Below, piece after piece: positions 38,901-50,900 of a stretch of DNA of 64,000 nucleotides. The DNA lies in assembly GCA_964187785.1 (NCBI GenBank), contig OZ076409.1, positions 51,524,001 through 51,588,000 of the forward strand. The letters run 5' to 3'. Source of the stretch: Amphiscolops sp. MND2022. Its lineage: Eukaryota. The translations under genes were made by a program, and so were the position numbers. The stretch's first letter is position 1. Every line of letters begins with the position of its first letter. The notes under the pieces were generated by a model that saw only the letters and a list, made by a program, of their open reading frames with translations, was not told where the DNA came from and did not search any database.

Positions 38901-41900
38901 ATTCCGACCGCGATAGATGAAACGTTTCTCGTAGAGATTCCGCGGTTGATGGACTGTGAAAAGAAGATAGCTGTTTTTGCCATTGAAAGTTTTGATTATG
39001 ATCTTAAAAATTACTGTATCCTGAGGAGGCTCTCTATTTCAGCTTGCATGCTTTCAAACTGATCGAACATTGTTTGGAGACGCAAGTGCAGACCCTGTCC
39101 AAACGGAGACAAACCGCCTTTCCAACCGCCTCCAGTACTGAACTCTTGAACGTGCCATCTATTCTATCCGAAGGGCTCGACGCCCCCACCCGTGACAGGC
39201 TACTGTCGTCTTGCTTGTCCCTTCTATCTCAACCCACTGCTCAGCATTTCTTCATGTCTTTGAAAAAGACAGTCTTGTGTTTGGCCACTACATCTGTTCC
39301 GGAATCGGTGGCGTCAGGTTTGTAATGGAATTAACATTTGTTGTGTCAAATTATTTTACAAAGTTTAGTTGCATATTCGTAATTGTTTAAACGTTTCTCT
39401 TTTTAACCTCGACAGTACACCGAAAAGTCGAAAAATTGACAAAATTTTGGCAAAATTTTTTCAAAGCTTCCCCGAGTTGACAACCCAGGGAAATCCATCG
39501 GTGGCCACCGATCTTCCACCACAGTTCCATCGGTGGCCACTTCGGTGGCCGTAACAGTTTTTGCGGTGGCCACCGGTGGCCCACCGGTGGGTAACGGTGG
39601 CCACCGATGGGCTATAGGTGGGGATCGGTGGGCCACCGATGGACCATCGGTGGGCTACGGTGGGCCATCGGAGGGCCGTCGATGAAAGGTCCCCAAAGGT
39701 TGGTTACCCTCAGGGTTCGGAAAAAAAAGATTCTGTAAAAATTATGTTTTCAACGTTTTAAACATAAAAATTGCTTGTCAAAAACATGTCGAAAACTCGA
39801 AATCTTGAATTCATAAACACAAAATTCTAAAACATATCTAAAATGTAAAACTCTAAACTGAAAATCACTGCAAAAGTCTGAGACAAAATGCCAATGATCT
39901 TTCATTCTCTCCACAACTACAGCTTTTTCCCAGGGACATTGTTTGCATTTGTCTCTTTCATCATCTTGTGATCGTTCAAATTCGAGCCAAATTGCATCTC
40001 GTTTTCTTCCAGTGATAACCATTGGTAAAAAGCGCTGGAATAAGATCTAAAATCCTGAAAAAAATACCGGAATAAGATCTAAAATGACTGGAAAAAACAC
40101 CGGAATAAGAGCTAAAAAGACTGGAAGTACACCAGAAAAAGATCTAAAATCACTGGAAAAAAACACCGGAATAAGATCTAAAATCCCTGAAAAAACTACC
40201 GGAATAAGATCTAAAATGACTGAAAAAAACACCGGACTAAGATCTAAAAATACTGAAAAATCACAGGTATAAGATCTAAAATCACCGAAAAAACATCGGA
40301 ATAAGATCTAAAATGACTGGAAAAACACCCGAATAAGATCTAAAATTACCGAAAACCACTGGAATAAGATCTAAAATTACCGAAAAACCACTGGAATGAT
40401 ATAAAATCATAGGAAACTACACCGGAATAAGATCTGAAATGACTGAAAACCAGTGGAATAAGATCTGAAATCACCTAAATGAAACTGGAATAAGATCTAA
40501 AATTAATGAAAAATCACAGGTTTAAGATCTAAAATCACCGAAAAAGCATCGGAATAAGATCTAAAATGACTGGAAAAAACACCGACAGTAGATCTAAAAT
40601 CCCGGAAAAAAACACCGGAATAAGATCTAAAATCACCGGAATAAGATCTAAAATGACTGGAAAAAAACCGGCAGAAGATCTAAAAAAAAACAAAACAGAC
40701 TCAGATCTAAAATCACCAAAAAATATGCCAAACGAAAACTTTGAAATAACACTGGGAACACTGGAAGCAAGCAAGATCATTAGAACAGTCCAACAGAACG
40801 AAGTGAAGACCATTCCTTTTAAAAATGTTGGATAACTACCGAGGTCCATCAGAAAATCAATTCAGAACCGCGGAAAAATCCGTTTTTATAGTCTTGGTTG
40901 GTCAACTGAAATACAGTCGACACTAGCAGGGCTACCAACGAGCAGGTGCAAGGAAAAGCCCCATCCAAGATAGAATTTAGAAGAAACAAGCAAAAATTTC
41001 AGTTCAAATATTTGTCAAGCTCCATATAAAAAGAGATCTGGCGAAGAAGCAGTTTTCAATATCTGCCTAACATAAACATTAAAACAACACTGGGAACACT
41101 GGAAGCAAGCAAGATCAATAGAACAGTCCAACAGAACGAAGTGAAAACAATTCCTTTTAAAAATTTTGGATATCTACCGAGGTCCATCAGAAAATCAAAT
41201 CAGAACCGCGGAAAAATCCGTTTTTATAGTCTTGGTTGGCCAGCTGAAATACAGTCGACACTAGCAGGGCTACCAACGAGCAGGTGCAAGGAAAAGCCCC
41301 ATCCAAGATAGAATTTAGAAAAAACCAGGAAAAGAATTCAGTTTAAATATTTGTCAAGCTCCATATAAAAAGAGATCTGGCAAAGAAGCAGTTTTCAATA
41401 TCTGCCGAACAAACATTAAAATAACACTGGGAACACTGGAAACAAGCAAGATCATTAGAAAAGTCCAACAGAAGGAAGTGAAAACAATTCCTTTTAAAAT
41501 GTTGGATATCTACCGAGGTCCATCAGAAAATCAAATCAGAACCGCGGAAAAATCCGTTTTTATAGTCTTGGTTGGCCAGCTGAAATACAGTCGACACTAG
41601 CAGGGCTACCAACAAGCTGGTGCAAGGAAAAGCCCCATCCAAGATAGAATTTAGAAGAAACAAGCAAAAAATTTCAGTTCAAATATTTGTCAAGCTCCAT
41701 ATAAAAAGAGATCTGGCGAAGAAGCAGTTTTCAATATCTGCCTAACATAAACATTAAAATAACACTGGGAACACTGGAAGCAAGCAAGATCAATAGAACA
41801 GTCCAACAGAACGAAGTGAAAACAATTCCTTTTAAAAATGTTGGATATCTACCGAGGTCCATCAGAAAATCAAATCAGAACCGCGGAAAAATCCGTTCTT

Positions 41901-44900
41901 ATAGTCTTGGTTGGCCAACTGAAATACAGTCGACACTAGCAGGGCTACCAACGAGCAGGTGCAAGGAAAAGCCCCATCCAAGATAGATTTAGAAAACCAA
42001 AAAACTACAGTTTAAATATTTGTCAAGCTCCATATAAAAAGATCTGTGAATAAAGCAGTTTTCAATGTGCCTAACATGAACATTAAAATAACACTGGGAA
42101 CACTGGAAACAAGCAAGATCATTAGAACAGTCCAACAGAACGAAGTGAAAACAATTCCTTTTAATGTTGGATATCTACCGAGGTCCATCAGAAAATCAAA
42201 TCAGGACCGCGGAAAAATCCGTTTTTAAAGTCTTGGTTGGCCAACTGAAATACAGTCGACACTAGCAGGGCTACCAACGAGCAGGTGCAAGGAAAAGCCC
42301 CATCCAAGATAGAATTTAGAAGAAACAAGCAAAAAATTTCAGTTCAACTATTTGTCAAGCTCCATATAAAAAGATCTGGCGAAGAAGCAGTTTTCAATAT
42401 CTGCCTAACATAAACATTAAAATAACACTGGGAACACTGCAAGCAAGCAAGATCAATAGAACAGTCCAACAGAACGAAGTGAAAACAATTCCTTTTAAAA
42501 CTGTTGGATATCTACCGAGGTCCATCAGAAAATCAAATCAGAACCGCGGAAAAATCCGTTCTTATAGTCTTGGTTGGCCAACTGAAATACAGTCGACACT
42601 AGCAGGGCTACCAACCAGCAGGTGCAAGGAAAACCTCATCCAAGATAGATTTAGAAAACCAAAAAACTACAGTTTAAATATTTGTCAAGCTCCATATAAA
42701 AAGATCTGGGAATAAAGCAGTTTTCAATATGTGCCTAACATGAACATTGAAATAACACTGGGAACACTGGAAACAAGCAAGATCATTAGAACAGTCCAAT
42801 CGAACGAAGTGAAAACAATTCCTTAAAAAATGTTGGATATCTACCGAGGTCCATCAGAAAATCAAATCAGAACCGCGGAAAAATCCGTTTTTTTTGTAAA
42901 TTTGGTTGGCCGACTGAAATACAGTCGATATTAGCAGGGCTACCAACCAGCAGGTGCAAGAAAAACCCCATCCAAGATAGACTTAGAAAACCAAAAAACT
43001 ACAGTTTAAATATTTGTCAAGCTCCATTTAAAAAGATCTGGTTTTCAAAAGCAGTTTTCAAAATCTGTCTAGCCTAAACATTTAAATGGGACACAATCAA
43101 GATCATTAGAACAGTTGGTAGCGAAAGCGGATTAATGATAGCACCTTTGTGACTGTAAGAGAGTTATAGGAAACAAGACGGGAACGTCTCAAGTCAGCGC
43201 TATATCTAATGCTCAAATAATGGCGACAAAAAATTCGAGAAAAAGTCGCACAGTACCGAAAAAGACTGAAAGGGGGACCCTTTACACCCTACCGGTTTTG
43301 TAGGCTACGTTTAAAAAGCAAAAAAAACAAAGGGGGAACCTTTGGGATAACCTAGATGCACTTCCGGGGTATTCGTTAGTTTCCTTTAGTTGAACATACT
43401 GAACGTTAACGTTCGTCGCTTCGAGTCTGCTTTGAAAAAAAAAAGAAACGATTGACTGTAATAGCCGGGCTCTTTTATTAATAGAAGCTCCGACTAAAAC
43501 CGATGAAACCTTCTTTCAGTAAACCGTACTCTCAGAAGTTAATCATGGCTCTTTTCTGTTTTCCCCCCACCATCAAATTTTTTGGAAAATTAGTGATATC
43601 GTATAACAAAATGACTTGAATACAAACTAAAAAGCTTCAAAGTTACATTCATTCTTGATGTGACAGTTTAGGATTCAGATACAATTTTTGTTTTTACACT
43701 TTTTCATTACGTAGTCACGCATTTTTGACGAAAAAATCAACAGCTTCCTGTTTGGAGTCATCAATAAACACTTGATACGAACACAATTATAGTCAAAAAG
43801 CGTGAACAATGTTTTGTTAAAGCAAAACACAATTCCAATAGACGTTAACTTCCCATTATGAAAGAAGGTTTTACTTTCAATTAGGCTAGTCTAAAGTTTT
43901 TAAGGAAATTTACTTCCAAAAACTTTGGTGTTGGGGGGGGGGCGAATAGAAAAGAGCCTTACTCATGAATCTCATCGATGCTTTGTTTCAAAAACTCGCT
44001 GCTGTTGAAAAAAATGAACCATCAATCTTCACATCGATAACTTGAAGTTTGATAAAGATCTCATTTTTATTGTATTCAAGCATTTCAAAAACGTCATGTC
44101 TCAAAAACGAAGAGCTTTAGTTCAAACTATACTTCAAAATACAATTATTGGATCTATACAACAGCATTTGAGTTTTTATAACTCAGGGTTAAAAAATGGC
44201 ATGGTTTAAAAATGCTCATTCTACTTATTAACCACGTGCTCGTTTTATTTGGTGTTTGAAAAATGATTTCTTGGTAGAACAATAAATTGGAATTGCCTGA
44301 ACAAAAATAAATTATTTCGAATAACGAATAATAAAAAATCTACAAAATAGTTGACTCATAGTTGACATAGTTAATCAGTTGAGAAGGAAACGACCTTTTA
44401 GAGTGCTCCACAGTTGGATCCACTATTTGTGGCCGCGAAAGAGCGGCACAGATGCTAAGTAGGGTTTGATGAGAGACCTAATGAACATTTCGGCTCAAAG
44501 TTGAACAGCGAAAAAGATTATCATCAGGACAAGTAGTTCGGTTGAAGAAGAAACGACCAAATAAAGTGCTCCACAGTTGGATGCACTCTATTTGTGGTCC
44601 AGAAACAGCGGCACAGACGCTAGATAGAGTTTGCTATGAGACTTCATGAAAAACATTTTCTCGAAAGCTGAGGCCTCGATCATATCTTCGTTTTCCGTGA
44701 ATTCGACTTCATAGAAAAATTGCCAATTCGAGAAGTTCTGAAGTGTTAAGTTGTTCTTGGCAACCATCTTTTTCACTTGAGCGAACTTGAGTCCACCAGT
44801 GTAGCTATCTTCGCCCATTATAATGAAAAACACAATCTGAGCAAAAAAAAATCCCGACTCTTTTTTCACTTTGATAAAACTATTAGGACCATCGGAACAT

Positions 44901-47900
44901 CTTTTGTAGCATAGCGAGTCAAAGTAGACACCATCCACGAACGATCTAGAAAGAATTTGGGCGTCAGGAAAAAGTTCCAAGCTTCTGTGAATCTCTGGCA
45001 GCAGTAAAACATCTTTTGAGAAATTCTTCTCAGATGGTTCTTTCAAGTTTGACCATTCTTGCAACAATTCAGCTGCCCTGTCATTCTCAACGACACACGA
45101 AGCCAGCTCTTGAGCCTCCAAATATCGTCGGCAGATTACTGCACAATGTGAATGTGTGCCTGTAAAGCTTTCACTGAGAGTTCTATTAGCTGATTCAAAA
45201 GCCATTGCGGAAAACACAAAGAGTGGACCGTACGAACGGCATTGATGAGCGAGATGCCTCAAGCAGTGCACATTGATAGTCTCTGCAGTTTCAGTTTGAA
45301 AGATGTCTGTAACTGCACTACAATATCTTTCCAGTAAACGTTCAGCTAGTTCAATATCGGTTTCAGATGAGGACTCCAGAAGAATTCTGATACCGAAAAC
45401 CAAACATAGATGATCGTACAGAAAGTCAGCCAATCGATCTTTGAAAATGATGGGACTGACAAAAAGTAGGTAATTGAAAAACTCGTTGGCTTTGAAATGA
45501 CCGATATGGAAAAGGTCACGAAGATTGCGACCGTGTTCAACTACTTCCAAGGGTGCTCGGGTATCCTGAACCTCCTTCGATACAATGATTTTTTCTTGAG
45601 TGCTCAGACCTCTCCAAAAAAAATTCAGTATTTCCTTGAAGCAACCCAGAAGCACACAATGCATGTAATCTATTCCAGCACTGAGAGGTAAGTTTTTTAC
45701 TAGTCCGAAGAAAGCACTTTTCCCTTTAACACCGCAAACATTTGAAGGTGAAGCCGAGGCAATCAACGCTTCTGCAATATCAACATGTCTATCATTAAGC
45801 TCTGGCCTCCTAATTTCAAACGATTGGTTGAAAGGATAGTACGAATGAGTTCGATTGATAGTTACGCCTTCTATATTGCAGTAATTGCACCCAAAGAAAC
45901 CGTTGTGCTGAACCATGTTGAGTAGACTGCATTTAGCTATCAAGTCAGCAACGATGCCAATGACCTCAAAATTGACAATGTAAACTGATGAGAAATAATT
46001 GATCTCAATCTTTTTTTTGAGTTCTTTGAACAATCGAGGGACTATTTCGTCCCATGGGGGCTTGGACTGACCAACAAACAAGGCTGCTAAGCAAATGTTT
46101 TTTTGCGCCATTCGGAGTTTCGGTGGTAAGTTGGCAATAGCCAGCCAGAAGGGCCATAAACTTATATTATTCGAATTGACAAAACTGACCCCATCAGTAG
46201 ATAACATCAATTGAATTTCTAGTTCCTCTGAACATCGATGAACTAGTCGAACTTTATCTAGCGGAAAATCATTTACGACTGATATCTCCTTGTGCTCAGA
46301 ATACGAAAAAAGCGCTTCCAAATTACGCTCCAGGATGTTTTTCAAGAATTCGGTGAAACCCAGATAACAAATCTCACCTTGGCTGAGTTCTTGAGCTTCA
46401 AGAGACGTTTCATTCAAATGTTTTTCATTTTGTGAATGAAAGAGAATTTAGCGGGTAAGCAATTCTCTTCCGGAAGGAGACAATTTAAAAGATCATAGAG
46501 TCTCAGCATTCCGGTATCGCTGAGGTGGAGTTTGGAGCAGAAATGTCTCAGCAGAAGAGTAGCGTTGTAAACACCTATATCAGACCCTGAGTAAAGTGGT
46601 CGGCTCATCTGCTGGAGTGAACTTTCAGCAGCTGTGGGAAGAATAAAATCACAAGCCACTGTTGAAGCAATCTCAGAAAAATGCGGACTCTCAAAACTTT
46701 TGTTGGATAATGGAGAAGAGATTTTGACTAACTCAGCTTCAAAAGTTGAAGGGGGCGGTGATCTATTCGTTAGTTCGGAACAGTGTCTGGTCATGTCTAG
46801 ATGCTGATCAAATGAGGGTTCTTCGAGTGTACAATTCAAGTTTTCTTCGGATGTGGACATATTACATAAAATATCGCTTGATTCGTAGGCATCAGCGAAA
46901 GCGCTTATTTTATCAGCCCAATATAGACGCTTTGAAGAATGTTGAGAAACTGTTTTGCTTCTTTTAATAGCTGTGTCTTGCAAGTGGCAGTCAGCAACGT
47001 CGAACAATTCTTCATTGATGAGTTCAGACAAAAGGTTATCAGCGTACAAACAGTTCAGGGTATCGAATGCAGATGATGATTTGCAAGTGGCACAATGGCA
47101 GCTGTAGCACTCAAAAAAATCGTCGGAATACTTGACCAAAATTTCAGTACCAGGAAGTATAGTTTTTAGAGATCTTAGCTTCACAACTTTTTGATCGCTC
47201 CCGAAATCATATTCCGCGTTGGGATTGCAGTCAGAATTTACGAAACGCACAGCACCCAACATAAGGAACGATACTCCTGGCGTTGATTTTTTCCGAATTA
47301 CACTCAGGTCGGTGATATTGTCAGGGATTGCAGTTAGGAAGCCGAGTGGTGACGACGGAAATAAATCTCTGGCTCGGATTTTGACTTGACCGACATAAAT
47401 CATACGATAACCTCCAAAATCATCATGCCTTATGTCATAAACACCACTGAGGCTCTTATAACTCTCCAAACAAATGGCAAAACACGTCGAAAGCAGTTGA
47501 TCTTTCTCACATTGCTTCAAAAAAGCGCCATTAGGTTTCAGCCTCAATACTGTCATTGCGTCTCGACCTCCATATTCAATGACTGCTCGAACAGCCTGTC
47601 CGTCACAGTGACTGAGCGCTCTCCAGTCCATGTCTTTGGGTAACATCAGGACTCTCAGGACTTCTCAAAGAATAAAAACTGTGTGAGAGTTCACGAACAA
47701 TCAAACCTGAATTCAAACATGAGCTCACACATGAAAAAAATAACCTAAGGATACTACTATTCGAGTGATCTCAAAACCAATTGAGGGATTTATCGTTAGA
47801 AAAAACCGGTAACGAGTACTTTCTGGGAGAAACTGAACACTACGGCAAAAAGCAACAAGTCGGAAACTTCAGCGCTTCAATCAGGAATCTTTTCTTATGG

Positions 47901-50900
47901 GAAGCTCAAATCAAAACGTTTTTCGGTAAAGTTCCGCCCATTTGGGTTCGCCTTGACTGGATTTAAACTCTCAACGTCATTAAGTAGCTGGAAAGCAAAA
48001 CTTTTCATCAACAAGTTTTACAAAAAAACAATATTCATCAGGAAACTTGATTTCAAATATGAGTTCTCACAACTGATCATAACATTTCAAAAGATTAGTT
48101 TTATCACAACTGATCGTATAAACACAAAACCACAACGAAGCGCCACAATTGGCTGCTCAGTAGTCTACAAAGCACTTTCTGCACTCTCATTCTCAAATTC
48201 TTGATTACTCGTCTCTTTCTCAGACAGCTCAGTGGATGTCAACATGGAAGACTTTCGTTTCGACCCAGAGCTTTGCCTATTCCGTGTTGCCTCGTATTTC
48301 GCCTCCGGGCCCATCTTATTTACGCTGACTTTGGCCTCTTCGTATGCCGTCAGCCATTTGTCGCCATACTTCCCACGGAAAGCTTCTGATAAAAAGCGCC
48401 AGTATGAACAAGGATGAATTGATGAACCTCATGAAATACAGAAAAATCCTTCTGAAGAAAAGTCCTCAGAAAAATGACCTTCTGAGCTTCTTTGGCCTAA
48501 AGATAGCTGTCAAAAAACTATAGGATTACCCTTTTTTGTCCAACTTCAAAATAAAAGTTTGAGGGCAATCTGTCACTCACTTTTGACACTGATATTTTCG
48601 TGTCAAAAAGAATTTTAATCATAGATCATCGATGTGTCACAAAAATATCTTGGAGTGGTCTTTTTTAGAACAATGATAACATCTCTTGATACTCGATGGA
48701 AGCGTTTTTCTCTACTTGCCTTTGAAGCATTCTTTACGTCGAGGGCTAAAATCGGGACGGCCTGTTCTTTTTTCCGGAGACATCATGCAATTCTCGATTT
48801 CGTCTTGGGAGTAAAGAGAAAGCATTATAAGGCGTCCATATGCCTTCGGATTTTTGGCCTTGAATGCCAACAAATTTTCACCCTCATGTAAAAGAACTGG
48901 CTTGTCTCCGGTATCCTCTTCGATAGGCGCAGTGAGACCAAGGCGTCGAACAGATTTTGTCTACAAAGATCGAAAACCGAGAGGTGATATCAACCAAGCA
49001 AAAATGAGCGAAAAACCATAGTTAAAATAACTTTTCACAAACCAAATCAGAGATGACCTTCTGGAATCTCGAACTCTCGTCGGCATTTTTATTGGTGAGC
49101 GTATTAAGCGACCTATTGAAAGTTTTCACAGTGCTTTCTAGTTGCCCAACTACAGATGACAAGTCCTTGACTGCATCTGAGAGCTCGTGTTCGTTGGTTT
49201 TACTGACCTAAAAAGAAACGAATCTAAACGTCTGCAACAGACACCAGATATTTAGAGAATAGGACCAACTTTCGGAGTAACCGGATCGAAGTTCTCCACG
49301 TCTAGAGGAGTCAAAACCTTCTTTTTCACGGGAGGAACGGAGCTTGGCGTTATTGTTGGACGCTTTTTCAACTGAGAACTAGTCTCCTGAGAAGATAGCC
49401 CGGGAACGTTTTCCTGAAACCACAAACATTGTCGAAATGCAGAGACCTCAAACCATTTGAGCACAAATCAGCGATTGACTGGCGCCACAATTGGCTGCCG
49501 GAAACAATTCGTTGATTCGAATATAACATAGTCCAAAGTCACCCAGCAAACTATTCAGACAGTCTTTCAAAAAATGCTCACTTCAAATTGGACGTTGTCT
49601 GAAGGTTCTACACGGTATCCCGACTGGTGGTTCAATGTAGCCATTGTCGAAACTGGGGACGAAGAGCAAACCAAGGAGAAATCAAGGTCCGGTTCACCGC
49701 TCTGCTCCTTGCAAGCCAAAGAAAGAAGTGAGAGGCATTTTTCCATGTAGGACTTCAGTCCTATGCCTTTAATCCTGCCCGTATACCTGACAACGGTAGT
49801 TTTTTCCAAAAACTTGAATGTGAAGACGTCCCCAACTTTCGCAAGCGCACGCTGAGCTAAGTTTGCTTCGGTCCCTGAGAACCCGGCAGACACAATCATC
49901 ACTTTCCCGTCTTCGAAGAAATACACTAACCAGTGTAAGTCTTTTATTTTTGACTTGAACTCCTCTTGCAAATCAGCGAAATCGTCGCTTCTGTGAGGCC
50001 TAGTTCTTCGTTCAGCAAACGAATTCATTGTTATATCTATGGTTAATTTAAAACAGAAAAATGATTACAGGACATTGATGGAAACTTCGGAAAATGAGTA
50101 CGGTGCAAGTCTTAACAAGCCGGGAACGGCCCAAGTCGGCGCCATATCTAAGGCTCAAAAATAGCAAAAGGACTTCAAAGTGTCAAGTTTTCTCATCTAC
50201 AGTACCCGCGTAAGGAAAAAACTGAAAATCGATTTTTTTGAGTTTTTATTCGAATTTTTTTGGTCTCCGGTAAGTCGCAGAGTGCTGAAAAATATAAAAG
50301 GGCTCGTGGGAGTTTTTGAACATCCACATTTCGATACATATCCCGGTAACGGACTAACAGGAACCTGCTAATTCGATTTTTGTCCAATCAGAGCGCGAAT
50401 ATTTTTTTGGAAGGTTTACACTTGTCACACATTACGCGCATTGATAGGACGTTACACTAGTTGACACAGCTTCGTACTTTGACTAGTTCACACCATTGGA
50501 TAGTACAGTAAATGTAAAAGGGGCCCTTTGGGAGATTTTCAACATCCATTCTTTTGCGAAATTGAAAAAAATGAAGGACCGTTTGGAGATATTAAAAAAA
50601 ATTGCGAAAAAAGTCTCACAAAGCCGAAAAACCTGCACAAAAATTTTTTTGATCAAGGGCGGGCGCGAACCTACGTGCTTCTGCTTGGCAGACCACAAAA
50701 AAGCTGTAACCTTCATGTCAAGTGCCAGTAGGAGTAGTGTGGCAAAGTTTAGTGTTAGTGCAAGTCAGCTTATAAAGCTTAGTTCTTTGGCCTTAAAAAG
50801 TCACTACTATAGTCTGCGTTTTTCCACGAAAGGCGCCGACTGAAAAATCGACGAGATATCCTTGCAAGCCGGAAAAATTTCCAGCAGTAGCAAAAATCTC

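Noticed and set aside
46414..47646. Host Suv4-20 orthologue
   Set aside because: Intronless, divergent, continuous with transposase motifs and inside TIRs, so no gene symbol assigned
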